From NCBI GenBank assembly GCA_963827235.1, contig CAWHAE010000016.1:608001-672000 (forward strand): 64,000 bases of DNA, read 5' to 3'. The notes under the pieces are model-generated. The model ran no database searches and was not told the DNA's origin. It saw only the letters and a program-made list of their open reading frames with translations. This document shows, in pieces, positions 29,706-38,535 of the stretch (position 1 is the stretch's first letter; each line of letters begins with the position of its first letter). Source of the stretch: an uncultured bacterium (GTDB lineage Bacteria > Chloroflexota > UBA5177 > JANWHV01). A program made the translations under genes and the position numbers.

Positions 29706-30182
29706 TCAGCGCTTCGAGTGGCTGGCGGTAGTCTTGGTATGACTCTTGGTCGCGTGCAAGGGGCCACCGTTCGCGCCGCCTGCGCTGCTCAGCCTGATAG
29801 CGAGCGGTCCGCCACTCGCGCCGCCTGCACTGCTCAGCCTGATAGCGAGCGGTCCGCCGTTCGCACCGCCTGCGCTGCTCAGCCTGATAGCGAGCGGTCC
29901 GCCGTTCGCGCCGCCTGCACTGCTCAGCGAGTGGGCCAGGGGGCCACCGTTCGCGCCGCCTGCACTGCTCAGCCTGATAGCGAGCGGTCCGCCGTTCGCG
30001 CCGCCTGCACTGTTCAGCGAGTGGGCCAGGGGTCCGCCATTCGCTCCGCCTGCACTGTTCACAGCGGCATGGAAGGCACGGCCGGTGGTTGCCGCGTGCG
30101 CTTGCGTATCCACGTGAACGGCCGCCAGGCAACTTGCGGAAAACACGATGGCAATGGCAACGCGTCGAATTGCATGCGTCAT
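29706..30182 (-). CDS. Secreted multi-core repeat peptide precursor (158 aa)
   Basis: GAGGAG RBS; signal peptide MTHAIRRVAIAIVFSASCLAAVHVDTQAHA; 7 x [N/S]SAGGA[N/S]GGPL; basic His/Thr tail. Confidence 0.85.
   Translation of the reverse strand: MTHAIRRVAIAIVFSASCLAAVHVDTQAHAATTGRAFHAAVNSAGGANGGPLAHSLNSAGGANGGPLAIRLSSAGGANGGPLAHSLSSAGGANGGPLAIRLSSAGGANGGPLAIRLSSAGGASGGPLAIRLSSAGGANGGPLHATKSHTKTTASHSKR
29757..30059 (-). repeat. Coding tandem repeat, 45-nt period, 7 cores
   Basis: Cores recur every 45 nt from 29757 to 30027; variation within cores is mainly synonymous in the minus-strand frame. Confidence 0.95.
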
Positions 30183-30368
30183 GGCAGTATGCTCCTCTAG
30201 GACAAACGTTCTATACCACAGCAAAGCTCAGTACTCTTACCTGCTTGACGTGGTTATCCTCTTCAACCGGGGCCGCGTACGACTGCCGCTAGCTGCAGCC
30301 ACGCCCGTACCCGGACGCTCCCAGAAACGAGACCACCTACGTCTGTTCGCGATCGCAGACGCACACTG

Positions 30369-30445
30369 TTTGGCGGCAAACTGTCATATAATAGCTGTGG
30401 CTGTCAACCGCGCCTTAGGACCCAGTTCGGCCATTTGCCGCCGAA
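30369..30445. promoter_or_regulatory. Divergent promoter region: 12-bp inverted repeat enclosing TATAAT and CTGTCA direct repeats
   Basis: TTTGGCGGCAAA (30369-80) / TTTGCCGCCGAA (30434-45); TATAAT 30387-92; CTGTCA at 30381 and 30401. Confidence 0.45.
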
Positions 30446-30504
30446 GGTAGGTTAGCATAGAGACCCTGGGCGCACCCTGAGACGATTTCAGGAGAGAGTA
30501 GCCG

Positions 30505-33500
30505 GTGACAGACGGCAACATGCCCGGCAATCCTGCCTGGTCTTCGGCCAAGACGCGAGTTCCCTTGCCGCGTATCCTCGTTTCACGCCCGCGCCTTATC
30601 CAGCCGCTCAACACCGCGGCCGAAGCCGGCCGCGTCACCCTGATCGTCGCGCCCGGCGGATCGGGCAAGAGCACACTGGCGGCCGATTGGACTCGGCAGG
30701 CTACCATGCCCGTCGCGTGGTATACGGTCGACGCCGCCGACCGCGATATCCGCCGCTTGGCGGCCGGGGTATGCGGAGCGATCGCTCGCGTGCTCCCCGG
30801 CGCCGCCGACTCGGCCATGCGTGCGATTGAAAATGGTGCTACCGAAGTCGCTGCTATCGGTCTTCTGCTTGACAGGCTGGAAAACGAGCCGCTGACTCTC
30901 GTGCTCGACGACTTTCACCACCTCGACGGCGTGCCGGAAGCCACCGCACTGTGGGAACACTTCTTCCGATTCAGGCCGCCGACCCTGGCGCTCACCATCC
31001 TCTCCCGCACCGTGCCCATTCTTGGCTTTGCCATGCTGGCGGCAATGGATGCTCTGCTCGGACTTGGGCGCACCGACCTCAGCTTCGTGCCTGACGAGGC
31101 AGCCGAGCTGCTGGCCCGGCACGGCCTGGACCCGGCCCCGGCCGCCCAGTTCGTGACCCGCACCGACGGTTGGGCGACGGGATTGCTCATGCTCGCGAGA
31201 GCAGCTCCCAGCGGAGTTCGCCAGCTCCACGTGCGCGTTGATACCCTGATGAACCAGCTTGGTGCCGAGCTGCTTAGCTCGCTGTCCGTCGATCTGCGCA
31301 CCTTCCTGCTCGAAAGCGCCTCGCTCGGCCCGGTGACGCCGGAGCAAGCTGACGACCTTCTCGGCCGTGCCAACAGTCTGGCGCTGTTCGGCGACATCTT
31401 GCAGCGAGGCCTCTTTCTCGCCAGAGAAGCGACGACCTACCGGTATCACGATCTCTTTGCCGAGTACGCTGTCGCGGTTCTACGTACCGAAGACCCTGCT
31501 AAGCTGCGCTCGATTCGCGAGCATGCCTCCGCCTACTGGTGCGACCAGGGCGACCTGCCGCGCGCGCTCGGTCTCTTGGCCGAGGACGGCAACTGGCTTG
31601 CGCTGGCTGCACTGCTCGAGACCCAGCGGGGTGCTCTCTGGAGCCGCGCCATGTGGGGAACCGCCATCGACATGGTCGAGCGGCTGCCCGAGAAGTATCG
31701 CACCCCACGCGTCCTGTCGCTTAGCGCGACCTGTCACACCTCCCGCGGAGAGTACGCGCAGGCGCTGGCACAGGCCGACGCGGGCATGGCCCTGTCGCAT
31801 GACGAGAGCGAGTGGCTGAGCTGTGCCGTGACACACGCCGACACGCTGCACTGCGAAGGAAGGCTCGAGGAATGCGCGCGGAGTGCCGATGCCGCGCTCG
31901 CCGTAGCGCGGAGAATCGAGCACGGCGCCGCCATCACCCGCTTGCTCAGCCTGAGAGGCCGTGCGAGGCTCGGCCTCGGCATGATGGACTCCGGCATGGA
32001 GGACATGACGGCAGCACTGGATGCGTACGGCGCGGCGCACGACGAGGGCGCAGAGTCAATGACTCTCTACAACATGGCCCTGAGCCTCACGGAGGCGGGA
32101 CGCTGCAACGGCACCGACGAGTATTTCGCGCGCGCCGCGGCCATGGCAGGCCGTAACGGTGATCTGCAAATGCTGACCATGGTGCGAAACCTGCGCGCGA
32201 TCCACAGGTGGCACTCCGGTGATCTGGCGGCTGCCGAAGACGATGCCAAGTCAGCGCTGCTTACACTTGGTGAAGCCGGCTCTCCGGTGCTTGCGTGCGA
32301 CACCATGGCGACGCTGAGCATGATCTACGCCGAGAAGAGCGACCTGAATGAAGCAGAGCAGGTCGCCGCGCGCACCATCGAGCTGGGCGAGCGCGTCTAT
32401 GCACCCAGGGCAGAGAACGAGGCCAGGCGCGCCCTGGTCTGGTGTGCGCTGCTCCGCCGCGACCGCGGCAAGGCCAGGCAACTGATCGAGGCTGCCCGGC
32501 AGCAACCGCTCCCACCGATCGACGCGGCACTGCTCGATCTCCTGGAAGGTACCCACGCTCTGCGCGTGCGTGCCTATGCGCGAGCCGCCGAGCTGCTCGG
32601 CGAGGTCGCCCAGCGGCTCGAGCGCCTACAGCGACCCCAGTACGCGGCACGGGCCCTCGTCCTCCGCGCCGAGGCCTTGTTATCGTCGGGCTCTGTGAGC
32701 AGGGCCGAGGAAGCTCTGAACCATGCCGCATTGCTCGTGTTACCTCTTGGCTGTGAGGGATTCCTGCGACCGGTAGCCCGAATGACGCGGCAGGTGCTCG
32801 CTGAACGGCAGATCCTGCGTAAGCTGCGCCGTGACACACGATCCTTGCTCGAGCAGCTTGCGAGCGGCGTACCGGTGCTGACCGTAGTGGGCGAGACTCG
32901 CCTGGCCGAGGACGCGCCGCCGCCACTGCGCGTCTCGCCCTTCGGCCCAGGTCGGCTGTACTTTGGTGGACGAGCCATCGACGCCAATGCCCTGCCGCCG
33001 CGAGCTCGCGAGGTGTTGTTCTACGCAGCTCACCAGAGGGGGTCGGTCGAGCGCAGCGTACTGCTGGAGGCGGTTTGGGAGGCCGACGCTCGAGCATCCC
33101 AGTCGTTGTGGGATGCGAGCAGGCATATCCGGCGATTGCTCGGCGAGCGCCACTGGACGATCCGCGGCGGAGTGTACTCCCTCAATGTAGTGGTGAACGA
33201 CGACGCATTGCAGTTCGACGCTGAGTCGCTCGTCGTACACGGCAGCGGCTCCGATATCGAGCGGGTGGCAGCGGGCGAGCGGGCTCTGGCGCTGGTAGCG
33301 CCGGGCATGTTCATGGAATGGTGCGACAGCATGTGGGCTACTTCGCTTCGCGCGCACTACACCGAGCTGGCGCTTTCCACCCTGCTCGAGACGGCGGCCC
33401 TGTATGACGGCCTGGGACGCACCGAGGACGGTGCTGCCACACTGCGCAAGGCTGTAGCCGTCGATCCGCTGGACGAGCGACCGCGCCTGGCCCTTGTGCG

Positions 33501-33681
33501 CAGCCTGGCCGGCCAGGGCATGGTGCAGCAGGCGGTGAGCGAGTATCGCGAGTACCGCGACCTGGTGCACCATGAGCTCGACGCGGAGCCGTCGGCCGAG
33601 CTGCGCCGCTTCGTCGCCACCTTGGGCAAGCGACTCGCTCAGGGAAGAACGCCGCGCGAAGATCCGCCTCGCAGAACCTGA
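30505..33681 (+). CDS. MalT-type STAND ATPase-TPR regulator with C-terminal wHTH/BTAD (SARP-like) module
   Basis: K..VP...VSRPRL, APGGSGKST, LVLDDFH, DGWATGL, YRYHDLF; long Ala/Leu helical TPR-like region; C-terminal W.D..W...R, DPLDE...L, Y..L..ELDAEPS. Confidence 0.9.
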   Translation: MTDGNMPGNPAWSSAKTRVPLPRILVSRPRLIQPLNTAAEAGRVTLIVAPGGSGKSTLAADWTRQATMPVAWYTVDAADRDIRRLAAGVCGAIARVLPGAADSAMRAIENGATEVAAIGLLLDRLENEPLTLVLDDFHHLDGVPEATALWEHFFRFRPPTLALTILSRTVPILGFAMLAAMDALLGLGRTDLSFVPDEAAELLARHGLDPAPAAQFVTRTDGWATGLLMLARAAPSGVRQLHVRVDTLMNQLGAELLSSLSVDLRTFLLESASLGPVTPEQADDLLGRANSLALFGDILQRGLFLAREATTYRYHDLFAEYAVAVLRTEDPAKLRSIREHASAYWCDQGDLPRALGLLAEDGNWLALAALLETQRGALWSRAMWGTAIDMVERLPEKYRTPRVLSLSATCHTSRGEYAQALAQADAGMALSHDESEWLSCAVTHADTLHCEGRLEECARSADAALAVARRIEHGAAITRLLSLRGRARLGLGMMDSGMEDMTAALDAYGAAHDEGAESMTLYNMALSLTEAGRCNGTDEYFARAAAMAGRNGDLQMLTMVRNLRAIHRWHSGDLAAAEDDAKSALLTLGEAGSPVLACDTMATLSMIYAEKSDLNEAEQVAARTIELGERVYAPRAENEARRALVWCALLRRDRGKARQLIEAARQQPLPPIDAALLDLLEGTHALRVRAYARAAELLGEVAQRLERLQRPQYAARALVLRAEALLSSGSVSRAEEALNHAALLVLPLGCEGFLRPVARMTRQVLAERQILRKLRRDTRSLLEQLASGVPVLTVVGETRLAEDAPPPLRVSPFGPGRLYFGGRAIDANALPPRAREVLFYAAHQRGSVERSVLLEAVWEADARASQSLWDASRHIRRLLGERHWTIRGGVYSLNVVVNDDALQFDAESLVVHGSGSDIERVAAGERALALVAPGMFMEWCDSMWATSLRAHYTELALSTLLETAALYDGLGRTEDGAATLRKAVAVDPLDERPRLALVRSLAGQGMVQQAVSEYREYRDLVHHELDAEPSAELRRFVATLGKRLAQGRTPREDPPRRT

Positions 33682-33871
33682 GACATTGGAGGCCGGGGCG
33701 AGTCCAAAAGTACTTTCGGCTTTGGGAGTACTGGGTCATTCCATACTGCCGGCCGCTCTAGTAACGTAGAGTACAGAACAATAGCCGGATGGCACGTTCG
33801 GGTGCTGCGCGGTTGCCATTCAGGTTTGTTCGGGATGAGCGGCAAGCACAAGGTATGGCGGAGGACTCTCC

Positions 33872-34477
33872 ATGAAGCAGGTCTCGGTATTGCTGGCATT
33901 GGCGTCGCCTACCCTTCGCGCGAAGATCCGCTCGGAGGTGCTTCTAGACCCGAATCTGGCCCTCCTGTACGACGCCAGGACTCCGGCCGAAGCAGTAGCC
34001 CAAACAACGCTTCACCAACCACAGGTGGTCCTGTGCGACAGAGGCATGCTTGCCGGTGGAGAGATGAACGCCGTTGCGCAACAGGCCCGTGTGGTATCCC
34101 TTCTCGTACTGGTGACCATGGGTGAGGACAACGTGATTGCGCGGGTGCCTGTCCCGGTTGCAGGCGTCATTCCGGCGAATCACCGCCTGGGCGATCTCGC
34201 CGAACGGTTACAGACGATCATTGACGCACCGTCCGCGTTCATCGAGCCCGCCGTGCGCCTGTCCAGGCATTTGGCGCCGCCATCTGAGCGCCTCAATCTG
34301 TCGCCGATGAGCTACGACCCCGGCAGGATCCCCAGTCTGCCGCACTCGGGAAGATTGACCTGGCTCAGCGATCACGAGCCCGAGCCCACGCTGCCCCTAC
34401 CAACCGGCGCGCAAGAGCTCACAAAGAAGCCGTTCATGAAATCGGTCTTCGATCCGCCGGGCGAAGATCGGCAGTAG
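33872..34477 (+). CDS. Atypical receiver-domain protein with Pro-rich tail
   Basis: REC-like pattern VLLA...A.T..EAV.....QPQVVLCD; lacks N-terminal acidic pair; GGAGG RBS. Confidence 0.65.
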   Translation: MKQVSVLLALASPTLRAKIRSEVLLDPNLALLYDARTPAEAVAQTTLHQPQVVLCDRGMLAGGEMNAVAQQARVVSLLVLVTMGEDNVIARVPVPVAGVIPANHRLGDLAERLQTIIDAPSAFIEPAVRLSRHLAPPSERLNLSPMSYDPGRIPSLPHSGRLTWLSDHEPEPTLPLPTGAQELTKKPFMKSVFDPPGEDRQ

Positions 34478-34914
34478 GCGGTTCGGCCGATCTCGGGTTC
34501 TACCCGATCCCAGTGCCTGAGCCGTTTTGCGCCTATGTGAACCGCGCGGGGCGGGTGGCTCCGGATCTGGCGGCGAGCGGGTGGGTATCTAGCCGCGCTG
34601 CTTCCCGACTTCTCGCACGTGGCCTGTGCGATGCGGACGGCCGCTCATTACCCGGCCCTACCCCGGTGCGGCGGAGGTGGACTCGACTCCGGGCACATCC
34701 GGTGGCGACCAAGATTGCCGGGATCTCGGAATCGTCTGACCAGATCCCCGCGTCGCAGATCGTGCCTGCGGTCAGAGGGTAAGCTGGCGTAGGCGTCACC
34801 CCCAGCGGACCTGTATGCTATCGGTGGCGGCGTGCCCTCGCCACCGAGGCGGTGATGAACCGCTCGTCGCGAGCCGGCTCATAGGCTCGCGCCCAGGAAT
34901 AGTCAACAGGAAGG

Positions 34915-35479
34915 TTGACCTCGTCTTTGGCAGGGCAAGAGAACGACGACAAGCGCGAACCGGATCGGACCGGCACGCAGGAGATCCGCATAGTGCGCAG
35001 CGTGCGGCGGCGCCGCACTGTGACTGTGCGCGAAAAGGACGGCTACTATGAAGTACTGGCGCCTGCGAGCTGGAAGGAGGACGTGCTGCAGCCGGTGATC
35101 GCGCGCCTGGTGCGCCGCCTGCAGACAGCGACGAACACGGAACACACTCGACGATGCGGATCTCGAGCGGCGGGCGGCGCTGCTAAACCTGCGGTACTTC
35201 GAAGGCCGGCTGAGCTGGCGGTCCATCGCCTGGGTCTCTAACCAGGACCGGCGGTGGGGGAGTTGCTCTCCGCGTGAGGGCACCATGCGCATCTCGCACA
35301 GGCTGGCCGCCTACCCGAAGTGGGTGCTCGACTATGTGATCGTGCACGAGATGGCGCACCTGGTGGTAGCAGCGCACGACGTCCGCTTCTGGCGTCTGGT
35401 CTCAAAGTACGAGCTTGCCGAGCGCGCGCGCGGCTACCTTATGGCCAAGTCGGGCAGCGACGATGAAGACGAGATGTAG
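34915..35479 (+). pseudogene. YgjP/DUF45-type zinc metallopeptidase split by a frameshift near 35120-35145
   Basis: First frame IVRSVRRRRTV...RLVRRL; second frame TLDDADLERRA...NQDRRWGSC...YVIVHEMAHL...H...FW. Confidence 0.8.
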
Positions 35480-35571
35480 GTGCTCGTACCGACGAAAGGG
35501 CCGGTACCTCAGCCACTGGTGAGGCACCGACCCTGTTTGAGCGAGTCCGCACGCGGCGCGCGCGGTCCAGA

Positions 35572-38235
35572 CTACGCTTCGCGGCTGAGCCGGATGCGAG
35601 CGTCGATTGCCACGACACCGCTACCGGCAGCGCGAACGACCACGGGGTTCAGATCCAGCTCCACGAGCTCGGGCACATCCTCGACCAGTCGGGATATGCG
35701 CAGAAGCAGGTCTCGGAGTGCCGGAACGTCGGATGCCGGTGAGCCGCGATAGCCTTTCAGCAGCGTGGCGACCTTGCGATGAGCAATCAGCTCGTCGGCG
35801 TCGACGTCGGTCATCGGATGGATGCGGAACGACACGTCGCCGATAACCTCGGCCGTCACTCCGCCGGAGCCAAAAGCGATCAGAGGCCCAAAGATGGGAT
35901 CTCGGACCACGCCGACCAGGCACTCAACGCCGCCGGTGAGCATCGGCTGCACCAGAGCGCCCTCCATGCCCTTCTCCAGGCCGCGCTCCGCCAGCGCCGA
36001 GGCGATGGCCCGGTAAGCATCGGACGCGCCCTCGGGGGACTCTATGTTCAGCCGCACGCCGCCGACGTCCGACTTGTGCACGATTGTGCTCGAGACGAGC
36101 TTGACTACCACGGGGGCGCCGATCTCGCGGCACGCATCGGCCGCCTCCTCGGCCGAGCGCACGATGCGGCCGGTGGGGAGGGAAATGCCGTACGCCGTCA
36201 GCAGCTTCTCGATCTCCACGGCGGTGAGCCACGGACGCTCCTCGCGTGCAAGCGCCTCCGAGACGATGCCGCGCGCCACGTTGTGGTCGATCTCGGCATA
36301 CTCTGGAAGTGTTCCAGCCGGCCTGCGCAGCCACGCGGCTCGTGCCGCGGCCTGCCCGAGCGCCCGCGCCGCGGACTCCGGGAACGGGTAGGTTGGTATC
36401 ACAGTCTTGGCCTTGCTCAGCACGTCGGGAGCCGCGCAACCGACGAAGCAGGCCATGATCGGTTTGTCCGGAGCCGGATCACAGACCTTCACCAGCTCTG
36501 CCGCGATTTCCTCCGGCTTGGTGACCATGACTGGAATATACAGCGCGATCACCGAATCGATTCCCGGGTCGTCGAGCAGTGTCTTCGCCACCGCCGCATA
36601 GGTCGGAGCGGGAATGGCCGCGATCATGTCGACTGGGTTGTTTACAGATGCCTCCTTGGGAAGCATCGCTCGAAGCGTCGTCTTGGTCTGATCGGATAGC
36701 TGCGGCACCTCCAGGCCGTTCGCCTCGCAGGCATCGGCGCAGAGAATCCCTAGGCCACCGGCATTGGTGATTACCGCGACGCGCCTGCCGGTGGGCAGCG
36801 GCTGGTTCGCGAACAGCGTGGAGAGCTCGAACAGTTCCTCGAGGGTCTCGGCGCGAATCACTCCTGCTTGCTTAAACAGGGCGTCGACCGCCACGTCGGA
36901 TCCGGCGAGGGCGGCGGTGTGGGAGGCAGCGGCGCGCCGTCCCGACGTGCTGCGCCCGCCTTTCACAGCCAGAATCGGTTTTCGGGCGCCTACGCGGCGC
37001 GCGATGCGGGCGAACCGGCGTGGGTTCCCGAAGCTCTCGAGGTAGAGCACGATCACCTTGGTGGCCGGATCCTCCTCCCAGTATTCGAGGAGGTCGTTGG
37101 AGCTCAGATCCGCCTTGTTGCCGATGGAAACGAACGACGAAACGCCGAGGCCCAGCGAGCGCGCAGTCTGCAGAATGGCGATACCGAGGGCTCCAGATTG
37201 CGAGGAGATGGCGACTGATCCACCGGGAGGCAGGCTCGGCGTAAATGTGGCGTTGATCGCGCCGCGCTCGTGGCGCACGAGTACGCCGAGACAGTTTGGC
37301 CCTACCATGCGAGCACCATAAGACTGGCAGAGGTACAACAGCTCGTTCTGCAGCGCGCGTCCCTCCGAGCTGACCTCGGCGAAACCGGCAGAGATCACGA
37401 CGAGCGCCTTTGCGCCGGCTTCCAGACAGTCGCGCGCCGCATCCATTACGCTGGCAGACGGCACGCAGATGATCGCCATATCCACGGTATCGGTGATCGA
37501 CTTGACGTTCGGGAAGGCCTTTACGGAGGAGATTGATCCGGCGGAAGGATTGACCGGATAAACTGCGCCTTCGTAGCCTGCCTGAAGAAGGTTGCTGAAT
37601 ACCGCCTGCCCGATGGAGCCCGGCCGGCGGGAGGCACCCACGACGGCAATCGCCCGCGGGTGGAACAACGGATCGAGAGACTTGACTGCCGCAACGTGCC
37701 GGCGCTCGTCAGCGCGCACGAAGTATCCTTGGTCGGGGTGCAGGTCCACTTCCACAAGCACGGTTCCGTGCTCGTGTACGCGCTTCTGCTTGAAACCCAG
37801 GTCGCTCAGCAGCGTGAGCATCTCGCCGTTCTGCGCGCTGACCTCGGCAATGATGCGCGTGATACCCTCGCGGCGCGCATCATTGGACAGGTGCTCGAAC
37901 ATCACGGTCCCGATGCCGTTGCCCTGCTCGGAATCGGCTACCACGATGGCCAGCTCCGCGGCCATCGGATCGACCAGGCGGTTGAACGAGGCAACCGCGA
38001 CGACATGGTTCTCCCGTTCTGCCAGCAACGCGTGTCCGGCGACGACACGCTCGACCAGGTCTGCATCGATACGAATGCCGGCAGAGTGGAATCGCTGAGC
38101 GCGGCTTTCAGGGGACATGCGGTTGAGCAGGTCTTCGACAGCAGCCTTGTCGGCCGTCGTGTACTTGCGAACAAGCGCCTGGCTCCCATCGCGAAGCAGG
38201 GCAAATTCGCCGGTGGGCATTGTTATCATGGTCAA
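35572..38235 (-). CDS. GNAT + acyl-CoA synthetase (NDP-forming)-like protein (Pat-type lysine acetyltransferase architecture)
   Basis: N-terminal GNAT (QGNGIG), IAVVGAS, GPNCLG, SQSG, GNKAD, NAGG, NPVD, ATP-grasp HKSDVGGV, LDLNP. Confidence 0.92.
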   Translation of the reverse strand: MTMITMPTGEFALLRDGSQALVRKYTTADKAAVEDLLNRMSPESRAQRFHSAGIRIDADLVERVVAGHALLAERENHVVAVASFNRLVDPMAAELAIVVADSEQGNGIGTVMFEHLSNDARREGITRIIAEVSAQNGEMLTLLSDLGFKQKRVHEHGTVLVEVDLHPDQGYFVRADERRHVAAVKSLDPLFHPRAIAVVGASRRPGSIGQAVFSNLLQAGYEGAVYPVNPSAGSISSVKAFPNVKSITDTVDMAIICVPSASVMDAARDCLEAGAKALVVISAGFAEVSSEGRALQNELLYLCQSYGARMVGPNCLGVLVRHERGAINATFTPSLPPGGSVAISSQSGALGIAILQTARSLGLGVSSFVSIGNKADLSSNDLLEYWEEDPATKVIVLYLESFGNPRRFARIARRVGARKPILAVKGGRSTSGRRAAASHTAALAGSDVAVDALFKQAGVIRAETLEELFELSTLFANQPLPTGRRVAVITNAGGLGILCADACEANGLEVPQLSDQTKTTLRAMLPKEASVNNPVDMIAAIPAPTYAAVAKTLLDDPGIDSVIALYIPVMVTKPEEIAAELVKVCDPAPDKPIMACFVGCAAPDVLSKAKTVIPTYPFPESAARALGQAAARAAWLRRPAGTLPEYAEIDHNVARGIVSEALAREERPWLTAVEIEKLLTAYGISLPTGRIVRSAEEAADACREIGAPVVVKLVSSTIVHKSDVGGVRLNIESPEGASDAYRAIASALAERGLEKGMEGALVQPMLTGGVECLVGVVRDPIFGPLIAFGSGGVTAEVIGDVSFRIHPMTDVDADELIAHRKVATLLKGYRGSPASDVPALRDLLLRISRLVEDVPELVELDLNPVVVRAAGSGVVAIDARIRLSREA

Positions 38236-38535
38236 ACTTACCTCCTGCTGTCAGACTACGGCACAGACAACCCACCGGGGGAGAGTCATGTCACCCGTCA
38301 GCCCTTCCCGAACGGCCCGGATCGTACGGGACCAGCCGCCCTGCACGCCATACCAACCGTCAATTCCCGTCGTGGCCACCCCGTCGTGGGCCTCGACCCG
38401 ATGCTGCGCCACCCGGCCGTCTCCTATTCGGCGGCATACTACGAAGTGCCCGGCGGCAGCCAGACGCACCCACATTCCCGAGTGTGGTGCGGTTGCTGTC
38501 GGGTATCAGTGCCACGACACTGGCGTACCGCGCCG

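Noticed and set aside
29757-30059. 45-nt repeat array as a CRISPR array
   Set aside because: No unique spacers, the period is a multiple of 3, variation is synonymous within an ORF, and there are no cas genes
29419-30132. 237-aa track ORF with Arg/Cys repeats (AEQCRRRER)
   Set aside because: Shifted-frame reading of the peptide repeat; only its last 84 aa have an RBS and a recognisable pattern
29718-30200. Plus-strand repeat ORFs (ACTAQPDSERS; GPPFAPPALLS)
   Set aside because: Antisense shadows; the RBS, signal peptide and synonymous pattern support the minus-strand frame
30365-30445. c-di-GMP-I riboswitch on the minus strand (GGCAAA...GGTCCTAAG...TGACAG...TTGCC)
   Set aside because: Lacks the paired P2 stem with GAAA loop and the GACGCAAAGC junction; an Infernal scan with RF01051 would settle it
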